From: a virus | Reading direction: 5' to 3' (one strand) | IMG/VR virus record: IMGVR_UViG_3300028490_000007 | Coordinates: 13,123-77,122 of that record | DNA: 64,000 bases | Shown: positions 10,935 through 20,500 of the stretch, in pieces | Layout: each line of letters starts with the position of its first letter | How positions within the stretch are numbered: position 1 is the first letter of the stretch | Notes under the pieces: model-generated | What the model saw: the letters and a program-made list of their open reading frames with translations, nothing else | What the model was told of the DNA's origin: nothing | Databases searched by the model: none | Translations under genes and position numbers: made by a program

Positions 10935-12677
10935 ATGGATGCACTAAGAGAACTCAACAAGCTTATGCCAAGCGACGTACAGTTTACTGGTGCAGACATG
11001 CCTTTAACTAAGGCATCTATAATGCCGAAGTTAACACAATTCGCTTCCAAACACCCTTCCCTCTACGCACAAAAGATACACAAAATACGTGAACTCGGAG
11101 AAGAGCTTGCCTACTTAAATGGTCACAACATGGGACCAAAAGATTTAACATATTCAAACCAAAAAGATATTGATAAGCTTCTGTCCACCGAAGATGCTAA
11201 GGTTCGTAAGATGAGCCCAGAAAAAGCAAAGACGCATCTTATCAATGTATTTAATCAAGTCCAGAACATAGTTATGAAAAACAAGGATAACAACCTAGTG
11301 TCTCAGGCTGCTTCTAAGGGAAGAGGTAATCCTGCCACAGCTTCAAGGATTGGAGCAGGAGTTGTATATGCAGTAGATATGAATTCAGAGCCCTACCCCT
11401 TTATGATAAAGAACAGTTTATCTACAGGACTAAATGCTCATGAGCAATATGTATCTGGAGGACAAGCAAGATATGCTGCCGTTCAAGCAGCCGTATCTAC
11501 TTCTGAACCAGGAGCAATGGGCAAGGTTCTTATTGCAAATACCGAAGACCTAAAGATCGCAGAAAAAGATTGTGGGACAAGAAACGGTATCATGGTTCCG
11601 GTTATGGGGAATGATGCTATATCAAGATATGAAGCAGGAACGAACAAACTTGTAGATGAGCAATATCTAAAATCCTTGAGAGCAAGAGGCAAGCGTAAGA
11701 TTAAAGTCCGATCACCAATAACTTGCAAGTCAAGACATGGCGTGTGCTCAATGTGTATGGGAAAAAATTCTAACGGCAATCTTCCAACAGTAGGTCACAA
11801 TGTTGGGATAGAGGCTGCTCAATCTATGTCTGAAAAAGCAATACAGCTCATTCTTAGTGCAAAGCATAATGTCGCAGGTAAGACAGCTTCTCATATTCCT
11901 ACAGGATTTCAGGCAGCCAAGATACTGCTAAACTCGACAGAGAAATTCAAAGGGAAGGCGGCTGTATCCTCTATTGGTGGAAATGTCAAGTCTATACACA
12001 AGCTTACTACTGGTGGGTACAATATCAACATATCGGGAGTAGACCACTTTACTTCACAGCATGTTTCCCCGAAGGTTACAGTTGGGTCAGTGGTAGACAA
12101 GGGAGATATCTTAACTAATGGTATCGCCTCTACAAAAGATATTCTATCCCACAGAGGCGTATTAGAAGCCAGAAAGTATTTGTCTGACGAGTTGGACAAA
12201 GTGCATGGTGGCTCCATAGACAAGAGAAACTTTGAAGTTGTAAGTAGAGGGTATCTAAACCTCGTTAAACCGATGAGCGATAAGTCTCATGGCAATATGA
12301 AAACATTTGACGAATTTGTTCCAACTATAAATGGAACACATATGAAAATGATGAACACATCAGACAAGCAAATAACTAAAAAATTCTTAGCTGAACCGGC
12401 TCTGCATTTTAGCCCAGGTAAACAAATTACAAAAACAGTGGCTGGCTATTTAAAGAAAAATGGGGTAAAATCCGTTAAGGTTTCTCATACTCCTCTTGAT
12501 TACACACCTGTATTCAAGACGTATGAGCAGAGACCTCTATTCAATAAGTCTATGTGGCAACAGATAAACTATAGAGGCATCAAGAAGGGACTCACTGATG
12601 GACTACTGTCCGGAGGTGAAGAGGATCTTAATCATATAAAGTCTGATAGAGCCCGTTTCGCTCTAGGCATACTATAA
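10935..12677 (+). CDS. rpoC: DNA-directed RNA polymerase beta' subunit, C-terminal half (split RpoC, RpoC2-like)
   Basis: Collinear RpoC motifs: ELGEELAYLNGHNMGPKDL, SKGRGN, bridge helix GLNAHEQYVSGGQAR...STSEPG, Zn site DCGT...RSPITC...GVCSMCMG, trigger loop GHNVGIEAAQSMSEKAIQLILSAKH, IDKRNFEVV, C-terminal GIKKGLTDG. No NADFDGD catalytic loop. Confidence 0.9.
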   Translation: MDALRELNKLMPSDVQFTGADMPLTKASIMPKLTQFASKHPSLYAQKIHKIRELGEELAYLNGHNMGPKDLTYSNQKDIDKLLSTEDAKVRKMSPEKAKTHLINVFNQVQNIVMKNKDNNLVSQAASKGRGNPATASRIGAGVVYAVDMNSEPYPFMIKNSLSTGLNAHEQYVSGGQARYAAVQAAVSTSEPGAMGKVLIANTEDLKIAEKDCGTRNGIMVPVMGNDAISRYEAGTNKLVDEQYLKSLRARGKRKIKVRSPITCKSRHGVCSMCMGKNSNGNLPTVGHNVGIEAAQSMSEKAIQLILSAKHNVAGKTASHIPTGFQAAKILLNSTEKFKGKAAVSSIGGNVKSIHKLTTGGYNINISGVDHFTSQHVSPKVTVGSVVDKGDILTNGIASTKDILSHRGVLEARKYLSDELDKVHGGSIDKRNFEVVSRGYLNLVKPMSDKSHGNMKTFDEFVPTINGTHMKMMNTSDKQITKKFLAEPALHFSPGKQITKTVAGYLKKNGVKSVKVSHTPLDYTPVFKTYEQRPLFNKSMWQQINYRGIKKGLTDGLLSGGEEDLNHIKSDRARFALGIL

Positions 12678-12693
12678 AAACAAGGAGAAACAA

Positions 12694-12945
12694 ATGATAG
12701 TAGAATACGTAATTAACCCAGTCAAGATTTCATGGGAATACTTAAAATCGAGCAAGACTCTTATCTTCAACTTCGTCTTAGGTCTCGCAGGAGCAATCGA
12801 GGCATATTCAGGTTTTCTTGGTGGGTTATTCCCAACACAAGAAATATTCGGTATGTTCATGGTGTCAATCGCAACAGTCGGAGCTATGCTTAGATTTGTA
12901 ACGAGTAGACCTCTTTCTGAAAAAGTAGCAGAGGGAGACCTGTAA
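12694..12945 (+). CDS. Holin-like membrane protein
   Basis: 83 aa, two hydrophobic helices, charged C-terminus (RFVTSRPLSEK), first gene of the spanin cluster. Confidence 0.6.
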   Translation: MIVEYVINPVKISWEYLKSSKTLIFNFVLGLAGAIEAYSGFLGGLFPTQEIFGMFMVSIATVGAMLRFVTSRPLSEKVAEGDL

Positions 12946-13250
12946 TGTTTGCTCCAGATATAATGACATATGTACTTGGAGCACTTGTAGCAATACTTGG
13001 TGCTCTCGGCTTATACACTAGAGGACAACACTACAAGATAAAGAGTCTTGACAGTGAAGTTAAAACAGCAGAAGGCAAAGTCGTTGCGGCAAACAAAGTC
13101 GCTAAGATAAGCAAGGCAAAAGCAGATCTTCACAAAGATGTCGCAAAGACTGTAGTGAAGAATACAAATATCTCGAAAGAGAAAGTAAAACAAATTCAGG
13201 AGAAAATCGATGAAATTAAAGATGGCGAAGATTTCACTGTGGTTATCTAG
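12945..13250 (+). CDS. i-spanin (Rz-like), putative
   Basis: N-terminal TM (YVLGALVAILGALGLY) followed by a Lys-rich coiled coil. Overlaps the next gene. Confidence 0.6.
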   Translation: MFAPDIMTYVLGALVAILGALGLYTRGQHYKIKSLDSEVKTAEGKVVAANKVAKISKAKADLHKDVAKTVVKNTNISKEKVKQIQEKIDEIKDGEDFTVVI

Positions 13251-13560
13251 TGTTGCAATCGCTTTCGGGTTGACTGGATGCTTCGGCACCTGTCCTGCTC
13301 CTGTAGTGATTGTTCCAAACCCAGAACTGGTTTACCCAAGCTTTGACACAAATAAGAGCTTGGTTATAAATGGTAGAAAAGAGAACGGGAACATAATCCT
13401 GTCACCTAAAGTGTTCAAGGCTATGACTACCGAACTCGTCGAGCGTAAGTATCAGGTCAAGACTCTTACTCAAATTATGAAGACTTACAACAAGTGGGAC
13501 CCCACTGCAGTACAAGTAAAACAAAAAGAAGAGCCTAGCAAGAATTGGTTCGGCTTCTAA
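13210..13560 (+). CDS. o-spanin (Rz1-like) lipoprotein, putative
   Basis: Signal peptide with lipobox LTGC, Pro-rich segment (CPAPVVIVPNPE), overlaps the i-spanin 3' end. Confidence 0.65.
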   Translation: MKLKMAKISLWLSSVAIAFGLTGCFGTCPAPVVIVPNPELVYPSFDTNKSLVINGRKENGNIILSPKVFKAMTTELVERKYQVKTLTQIMKTYNKWDPTAVQVKQKEEPSKNWFGF

Positions 13561-13573
13561 AACACCTCCAAAT

Positions 13574-13600
13574 TGGGTGCGACTATATCTGTCGTACCTA
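13574..13600 (+). terminator. RNA hairpin after lysis cassette (no U-tract)
   Basis: TGGGTGCGAC-TATATCT-GTCGTACCTA, 10-bp stem with G.U pairs. Confidence 0.45.
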
Positions 13601-13637
13601 CATTCCACAACAAAGCCTATTGTTATCAAAGAACTTT

Positions 13638-13646
13638 TGCTATAAT
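13638..13646 (+). promoter_or_regulatory. Extended -10 promoter (TGcTATAAT)
   Basis: Perfect TGnTATAAT preceded by TTTT, upstream of the ATG at 13696. Confidence 0.65.
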
Positions 13647-13695
13647 ATTGAGAACGTAACTGTATTTTATACAAAACCAATCGGAGTATTGACCA

Positions 13696-14295
13696 ATGAT
13701 TACATGTAAAGAACTAGAAAAGACCGCTGCCTCCGTGGAAGCAGACGGCTTTGAAGATGAAAACCAAGAGAGACTTGAGAAAACAGCACAGGCATTATAC
13801 TTGCTTGACCACCTAGAGAAAGAGATAGCTTCTGACTTTAAGGGTGTTGATTTCGAGAAGACAGCCGGGTTCGGCAAAAAAATGACACGTGGATTAGCTC
13901 AGACAGCAGTTGTTGGTTTGGGCGTAGCTATGGCAGGTAAGCTTGCCGAGCATGCCGAAAAGTCATACGATAAGCATATGTTCAATAAACACCAGAACGG
14001 TCTCATCGCTTTTGCAAGAAGAGAAAACCCTAGCCTTCAAGGTGTAAGCAATGGGAAAATGAAGATGTGGCTACGTAGTGCATATTCTGTTTCTCCCAAA
14101 GTAGCAAACGATCCAATGCTTGCCTCAACCTTTCTAAACACAGCTCATGCCGTAGGTGGTGTTGATTTAAACACTGCCAAGACAGTCAGCGATATAAATG
14201 CAAAAGGGGGAGGAGATTACTCAAAAGTATATGATGCAATTCGTGGATCATCTTCAAATCTCCCCTCTTATGCTATGTCTTCTTCAGGAGCGTAA
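13696..14295 (+). CDS. Putative internal head protein with K-x-A motifs (acidic pro-region + basic/hydrophobic part)
   Basis: LEKTAA, LEKTAQ and FEKTAG in an acidic N-terminus, then GFGKKMTRGLAQTAVVGLGVAMAG. Confidence 0.55.
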   Translation: MITCKELEKTAASVEADGFEDENQERLEKTAQALYLLDHLEKEIASDFKGVDFEKTAGFGKKMTRGLAQTAVVGLGVAMAGKLAEHAEKSYDKHMFNKHQNGLIAFARRENPSLQGVSNGKMKMWLRSAYSVSPKVANDPMLASTFLNTAHAVGGVDLNTAKTVSDINAKGGGDYSKVYDAIRGSSSNLPSYAMSSSGA

Positions 14296-14296
14296 C

Positions 14297-14785
14297 ATGG
14301 GACCACTTGACCAAAAAAATGAAAAAAAGAAACCACAGAAGCCTATCCTCAAGAAAAACAAACCTGTATTTAGTGGCAACTTTGCAGACTTCAATCCTGA
14401 GACAGGAGAAAAAGTAGCAGATGCTCAACAGCAAGGTGCTCTAGCAAAAATGGAAGCTCTTGGTGAGGCGAAGAAAACTAGACGTTCTGCGTCAAACAAA
14501 GAAGAGACACTAAAGGATGCAGCAACCGGTGGTTCTCTATCTTTTCTTGTATCAAATTCAGCGGTAGCAAAAGACAGTACAAGATTTAAGGCTTTAACGG
14601 CACTTCGTAAAAAAGGTCTTATTGGTGTTGGTGGAGCTATTGGGGCAGGTGTACTATCTCAAAGAAAGCAGAAAAGCGAATACAACCGGCAACAAGCTTC
14701 GAGAGAGCTGTTCGCAGGCAAAAAGACTGGTCGTTCAGAAGCGTACAAGAGCTATCTGAATGGTAAGTACAATAAGGACAAATAG
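14297..14785 (+). CDS. Basic protein with Gly-zipper hydrophobic segment
   Basis: ATG at 14297 after AGGAG. Lys/Arg-rich. Contains GLIGVGGAIGAGVL. Confidence 0.6.
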   Translation: MGPLDQKNEKKKPQKPILKKNKPVFSGNFADFNPETGEKVADAQQQGALAKMEALGEAKKTRRSASNKEETLKDAATGGSLSFLVSNSAVAKDSTRFKALTALRKKGLIGVGGAIGAGVLSQRKQKSEYNRQQASRELFAGKKTGRSEAYKSYLNGKYNKDK

Positions 14786-15318
14786 TGTTTGTAAGAGCAA
14801 CTACGGACGATACTAGACTTAAACTCTACAGGGATGTCCTTGCTGTGTTTAAGTCTATTCTTTCTTCTGGTCTTGAAGCATATGGTATAGATACCGAAGC
14901 AGTGATAATAAAAAACACTGTTGACAAGAATGTGAACAGAGCACCTCTTATAGTTTTAGAAAGAGGGGACATGCAGCACGTTCCAAGATCGTTAATGTTC
15001 GGTGAAAAAATCACTGCAGACCTTGTCGCAGGAACTATGAATTCTCATACGGCACACATGATAGAATATCCTATCGAAATAACGTGCTACGGAAACTCTT
15101 ATCTTGAGAGTGAAAAGCTAGGTGGTCTTGCAATGGAAGCTATTCTGACAACAGGTTTAGCTATAATAAAGCAAATGCACCCAAATATAATCGGCTCTGA
15201 GTTTATAGGTTGGGGTAAGTCCGGTCTAGTAGAGGGAAAAGACTCATCTCTTGTCTCTTGTACAGTGCTAGGTAAAGTATTTCTCAAAATTGAGGGATAC
15301 TATTCAATTCAAAATTAA
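14785..15318 (+). CDS. Tail terminator/completion-like protein, putative
   Basis: PLIVLERG...IEITCYGNSYLESEKLG pattern resembles gpU-like neck proteins. GTG start overlaps the upstream TAG. Confidence 0.45.
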   Translation: MFVRATTDDTRLKLYRDVLAVFKSILSSGLEAYGIDTEAVIIKNTVDKNVNRAPLIVLERGDMQHVPRSLMFGEKITADLVAGTMNSHTAHMIEYPIEITCYGNSYLESEKLGGLAMEAILTTGLAIIKQMHPNIIGSEFIGWGKSGLVEGKDSSLVSCTVLGKVFLKIEGYYSIQN

Positions 15319-15329
15319 AGGAACACGAA

Positions 15330-15701
15330 ATGAAAAAAGATATAAATGTAGCAGACTTGGTAGCTTCAGTTACTGACGAGCAAAATGAGAAAAAAGCACT
15401 TAACAAAACTGCTGGACTAGCTTCACTAAAAGAGCGTATGTCTGGAGGAACACTTTCTAAACATGCAGAAGATGCAAAAGTTGTAGCTGATGCGGTAGCT
15501 GATGAGATAGGTGTAAATTCACTTTCTTTGTCTCAACAACTCGAAAAAGTAGCCTCTGAAATGGAAGGTGCAAACTCAGTAGAGGACATTATCAAAATTG
15601 CATCGTCTTTAGACAACTCAGACTTGGCTCATATCTCAACTATCTCAGCAAAAATGGCTGACGTTGTATTTGCTGACCTTCAAAATAAACTAGAAGCATA
15701 A
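15330..15701 (+). CDS. Small helical K-x-A-motif protein (scaffold-like)
   Basis: LNKTAG, LSKHAE, LEKVAS, IIKIAS, AKMAD. Confidence 0.55.
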   Translation: MKKDINVADLVASVTDEQNEKKALNKTAGLASLKERMSGGTLSKHAEDAKVVADAVADEIGVNSLSLSQQLEKVASEMEGANSVEDIIKIASSLDNSDLAHISTISAKMADVVFADLQNKLEA

Positions 15702-15712
15702 GGAGATCCATC

Positions 15713-17539
15713 ATGGCATCAACTATATTAACAGGTAATGATTTCCTTACTAATAGTAACTTGGCTCTAGTTGGCCAAGATGGAAATGTGTCCATTAACA
15801 GAGTGCGTTCAAATGATTATGACGTTGCTCTTGTTTCAAGAGATGCATTCGACTTCACTACGGGTAATAAATCTGTCCGTTTTGTATTCAGCGTGGCTCC
15901 ATATACAACTGCTGCAAGACCGGGTGTTTTCGGTGCCGGTGCAGTAGGTAGATTTGCAAGCCTTGTTGATGACGGAACTTCTATTGAGTGGAAAGGTGAT
16001 ACTTTCAGTTCTCCTTGCCCAGGAACTCCAGATTGTCAAACTATGACAAAATACCAGTGTAATAAATACTACTCTGCAGATGCTTCAAGTTCACACTCTA
16101 TCGTTAAGACAGGTCAGTGCTTTGGAACATCTGGCGACAATACTCATGGGCAACTAGATTTGACTACCGTTGAGACAATAGAAGGTATCGCTTGTGGTAA
16201 TGGGTTTACTGTAATCATGCGTAATACTGGAGTTGTTGAGGTTATCGGAAATGACCAAGGTGGGGACATTGTTGTTCCTGCATCATGTGTCACTTTTGAT
16301 GAGAACGATAGACCCGTCTCTATTGTGGCAGGAGAAGACTTCTTTGTTGTGCTTAAGCGTGACGGTACAGTTGTGTCTGTTGGTTCTATTCTGACAACAG
16401 CATTCTCTACAATCGAAGAAACTATTGTTGAAATGTCAGCAGGTTCAAACTTTGTAGTTCTTCTGTCTTTATCTGGACAGATCTTCAGTATCGGAGGAGC
16501 AGGAGCAAACGGTGAGTTAACTCCACCATCTATAAAGGCATTAAAGGTGTCTGCCAGTGCCAACAGAGCTGTTATTCTTGCAGAGAATGGTAATGTGTAT
16601 GAATGGGGAGAAGGTCTTGCTGATGTCCAGCAGGTTCAATCTATTCCATCTGGCTCACAAGTTATAGATGTTATTGCAGGGGAAAGCTTTTCCATGGCAG
16701 TCCTTAAAGATAGATCTGTTGTTATCTCAGGTTCTGTGCCTGCATATCTTTCTGACATTACAGGAGAGAAGAGTGGTAATGCTGAGAGTATTTCTGAAAT
16801 GGATGATGCCTACGACATGTTCCCTATGCTTAGAAATATAACGGGCGTGAACATCATGGCAGGAGTTCAAGAAGATAATCTTGATAGCACTTATCACAAA
16901 TATGTAGCACCAGATAATACGGTTAAACCTATCGTTGTAGGAAGAGACGGATTTAGTTCTGTATTTACAGGTATACGTGGTGGCTTCAAAGGTGCTATTA
17001 TTGCTAAGACAGACAATGGTGGAGATATGTGTTTTGACCTTAGAGGTTCAGAATACGACCCTTACACAGCAACAGGTCACTTACCAATTTCAACTGACTT
17101 TATCACATCAAATGCGGCAGAGAAATATGAGGTTATAATCTCATTCAGTCCATTTGGTAAGATGATTAAGTTCAGAAAAGTAAGTGGTGAATATGCTCAA
17201 GATATGCCGTTCAAACATTTATCTGTTGAAGAGACAGGATATTCTGCAGGTCGTGTAGCCTTATACGTTAGAAATGCAAAGGACTTCGTTCTTGATTTTG
17301 CAGAAGTTACAGATGAGATAAATGCATCTATTCTTCCTGCTGACATACTGTATAGGGATATGGATACTGCGGTATTACACACTCAGGCTGCAGAGCTAGT
17401 AGTTGACTTGGCTGATGCTGTGGAAACTATTGGTGACGCTGTTACTAAGTCATCTGAGACTGTACGTTCTCTTAATGCGAACTACAAACAAAACTTGGCT
17501 GATATTTTCTCAAGACTTGAGACACTAGAGGCAAACTAA
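15713..17539 (+). CDS. RCC1/BLIP-II repeat beta-propeller protein (fibre/receptor-binding candidate)
   Basis: About 6 RCC1 blades (IACGNGFTVIMRNTGVV, IVAGEDFFVVLKRDGTVVSVG, MSAGSNFVVLLSLSGQIFSIG, AVILAENGNVYEWG, VIAGESFSMAVLKD). C-terminal coiled coil. Confidence 0.8.
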   Translation: MASTILTGNDFLTNSNLALVGQDGNVSINRVRSNDYDVALVSRDAFDFTTGNKSVRFVFSVAPYTTAARPGVFGAGAVGRFASLVDDGTSIEWKGDTFSSPCPGTPDCQTMTKYQCNKYYSADASSSHSIVKTGQCFGTSGDNTHGQLDLTTVETIEGIACGNGFTVIMRNTGVVEVIGNDQGGDIVVPASCVTFDENDRPVSIVAGEDFFVVLKRDGTVVSVGSILTTAFSTIEETIVEMSAGSNFVVLLSLSGQIFSIGGAGANGELTPPSIKALKVSASANRAVILAENGNVYEWGEGLADVQQVQSIPSGSQVIDVIAGESFSMAVLKDRSVVISGSVPAYLSDITGEKSGNAESISEMDDAYDMFPMLRNITGVNIMAGVQEDNLDSTYHKYVAPDNTVKPIVVGRDGFSSVFTGIRGGFKGAIIAKTDNGGDMCFDLRGSEYDPYTATGHLPISTDFITSNAAEKYEVIISFSPFGKMIKFRKVSGEYAQDMPFKHLSVEETGYSAGRVALYVRNAKDFVLDFAEVTDEINASILPADILYRDMDTAVLHTQAAELVVDLADAVETIGDAVTKSSETVRSLNANYKQNLADIFSRLETLEAN

Positions 17540-20500
17540 TGGGTATCGATAACGACTGGTTACTAGAAAACTTATCTGGAAGCTACTCTCTCGGTGCAGT
17601 AGATGATGCTGTTGACTCGCTTATTGGCGAGTACGACACGCTCATCGACAAAATAACTGATGATAAAAGAAACTATATGCTGGAGGCTGTAAGCACTATG
17701 AAAGAAAAGATAATTACTTCGAGGGTCGAAAATGTACTTGAATTGATCGACTCGACACAATTTACGGATGGCGATGAATTCAGGGTCATAGGAACGGGTA
17801 TTACCGTTACGGCACGAAAGTATATCGATGGAGAGACAGGAAGCCCTGCATGGACCATAGAAAAGATAGAGCAAGCAATGAGTGGTTCTTTCGAGGAAGT
17901 TTCAAAAATAGAGACTGCTGCAGTACCAGGTGGGTATTCTAGTGTCTCTAACTCTATGACCAAGAAAGACTTGGCGGAGACTAGGAATGCTATTGCATCA
18001 AACACGGATACAATTACTGTTCCTTTTGCAGAACTTGAGACAGTCGCTACTTCTGACGGGTATTCCATACTTGACATATCTACTTTCATTACGAGGTATA
18101 TCCCGGCACTCACAGAAGGTCAGATAGATCTCGTAAAGCTTAATATAGCATCAGAGCTGAAAAGTGTAAAAGTGTCTGTGTCTAATGTATCCTTTATTGA
18201 ACACAATATGACAGATGGTGAGCTTAAGGGGTCTGGGTCTAAGATTACAGACTATACAGAGACAACAGCAGCCTCGTCAGCATCTCCGTATAGTGATACT
18301 CTACATGTTGTGCTTAACTATGCAGATGACTATGTAGTTAATGTAGGTGGAGTTGACTACACATATTCTGCATCAGACTTTGAAACAGCAGAAGATGTTG
18401 CAGCAGGCATAGAAGGTGAGCTTGGAAACGATACTTCTCTAAACGTATCTACAGATACAGGATATTGGTCTAAAGTGTTTCAGAACGGAAACGGAGATAG
18501 AGTCTTTGGTTGGTATGCTGAAAATACAGATGATGGTGTTTCTTATGAAGTTCAAATGATAGTCCCTACTGGTGTAGCTGACTTTGGCATAGAGCAAGAT
18601 GGTGTAAATCCAGAAAAAATAATAATCACTTTCGAGCATGATGGTTTTGATCCTGTGTATCCACCTATTGCAGATATCAGGGATGCCGTAAATGCTTTTG
18701 CCGATGTGGATATTAGAGTCGTAGTTATGCCAGGGTTCTCTGATGGCGACGAGTATAATACTGCAGACAATGTAACTCTTGAGCAAGGTGCTTCCAAGAT
18801 AGTTATAGAGTCAGCTCAACAGCAAACCATAACTGTATCTACAGCCAAAGCCCACAAGACAAAATTAGTTCACAATACGGACTTCTCTGCAGCTACAGCA
18901 CAGATAGGGGTGTTCGAGGTCGTAAAGTTCAACCCTACAAACACATACTCTGTAACTATTGGTGGACAGCAATTAGATTTAGACCCGTCAGCAAATGGCA
19001 ATGAGTCAGTTGTAGATGAGACGTCTCTTGCTCAAAAAATTGCGTCTATGGTTAATGCTGCGGCACTAGGTGTAGTTGCATCATCTACTGGAACAATAGT
19101 TACTATAGTGGTATCATCTGCAGGCTCTACTATTACAGTGTCTAACTCAGGAGAATTCAATTATGTGCAGCCTATAAGTAGAGACACATTGCTTAGATAT
19201 GACATCAGAAACATTCCTAATGTTAATGCATCTACAATATCTCAATTAAGAAAATCAGGTAATGTGGTAACATCAAAAGGAGAGCCTTTAAATAAAACTG
19301 ATGTGAGCAAATTATCAACTTCAGGGATCGTGTACAGTGACTCATTTATTATGTTTCCACAAGTTCCTACTCTTGTAGACGAGACAGAGAATTTCGTGCA
19401 GAAGATTGGAAGATCAGCAGTTGCACTTGAGCAGACAGTCAAGATAGAGAAAGAGAAAATAGCTACTGCAGGAGATCTTGTTTCTCCGATAGTTAGAAGT
19501 ATGGCTAAGCCATTATTTCCACTTTACTCAACAGATCAAGCAAAGTCTAGTAGATGGTTCTTTGTTGAAGCAGGGGCAAACAGTTTGGCGGCAAGGTCAA
19601 CGATAGGTATCGCATTGTCTACGATAGCTCCAAAAGATTACGAGAAGCTTGTGTTGAAAGATGATAACGCTACATTCTCGTCAGTAAGAGAAAAAAGACT
19701 TCCTAGTGTAGGGCAGAACTATGAGTCTATCATCAGTCTACTTTCCGAGAAGACACAATCATATAATGCAAGTGGGCAGAAAGCAATTATTCCTATCCCC
19801 TCAGATATCGTTTCGTCGAACATGATTGACATAATAGAGGCATACCTAACTAAAGTACAACTTGATGGCTTTATTAAGTTTGCCTTGCTTCCTCAAATAG
19901 TTTCCGGTGACGAGTTTATGAAGATGGACAAACTGAAGGCTGAAGTAGCCAGTATCTTTTCAACACTAGATCTTGTTGGCACGATTGTCTCAGTGAGCGA
20001 TAAATATAGAGTGGTTGTTGACTTTGAAGATTTGGAGCCAGATGTGTGGGCTATTAGAGATGCTTTCACCGGCACAACTTTTGAAGTTGAGCATGTTGTT
20101 CCTGACTTTACATGGGAGACAAAAGCTCCATTCCCTTCAACGGACATAATAGAGCACACAGGTACAAGATATGTAATCAAGCCTGAGATAATGAATAGCT
20201 TTATTATACTAAAAGACCCAGACTCATTATACAAGGCTCTTCTTGAGCTTACCATACAGATAGACGACTCTCTTATGGAGCAAAGGTTTATAGCACTAGC
20301 AGGGTCGTACGTCATTGATGCCTCTAAGGTATTAGAACTGTATGCAGATGAACTGTTCGCATCGTATGTGTTTGGTGTAAACGAGGCCGAGACTCCTCCT
20401 GAAAACAACTACGGGCTTGGGGGCATCCCAATAGATGCTACTGTGACAATGAGTAAGCTTTACTTTAGAAACATGCGTAACCAGGCATTGCCAAAGCCTG

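Noticed and set aside
12694-13250. K-x-A matches in the holin and spanin (SEKVAE, NKVAK)
   Set aside because: Isolated hits in Lys/Ala-rich membrane proteins, expected by chance. Not counted as part of the head motif set.
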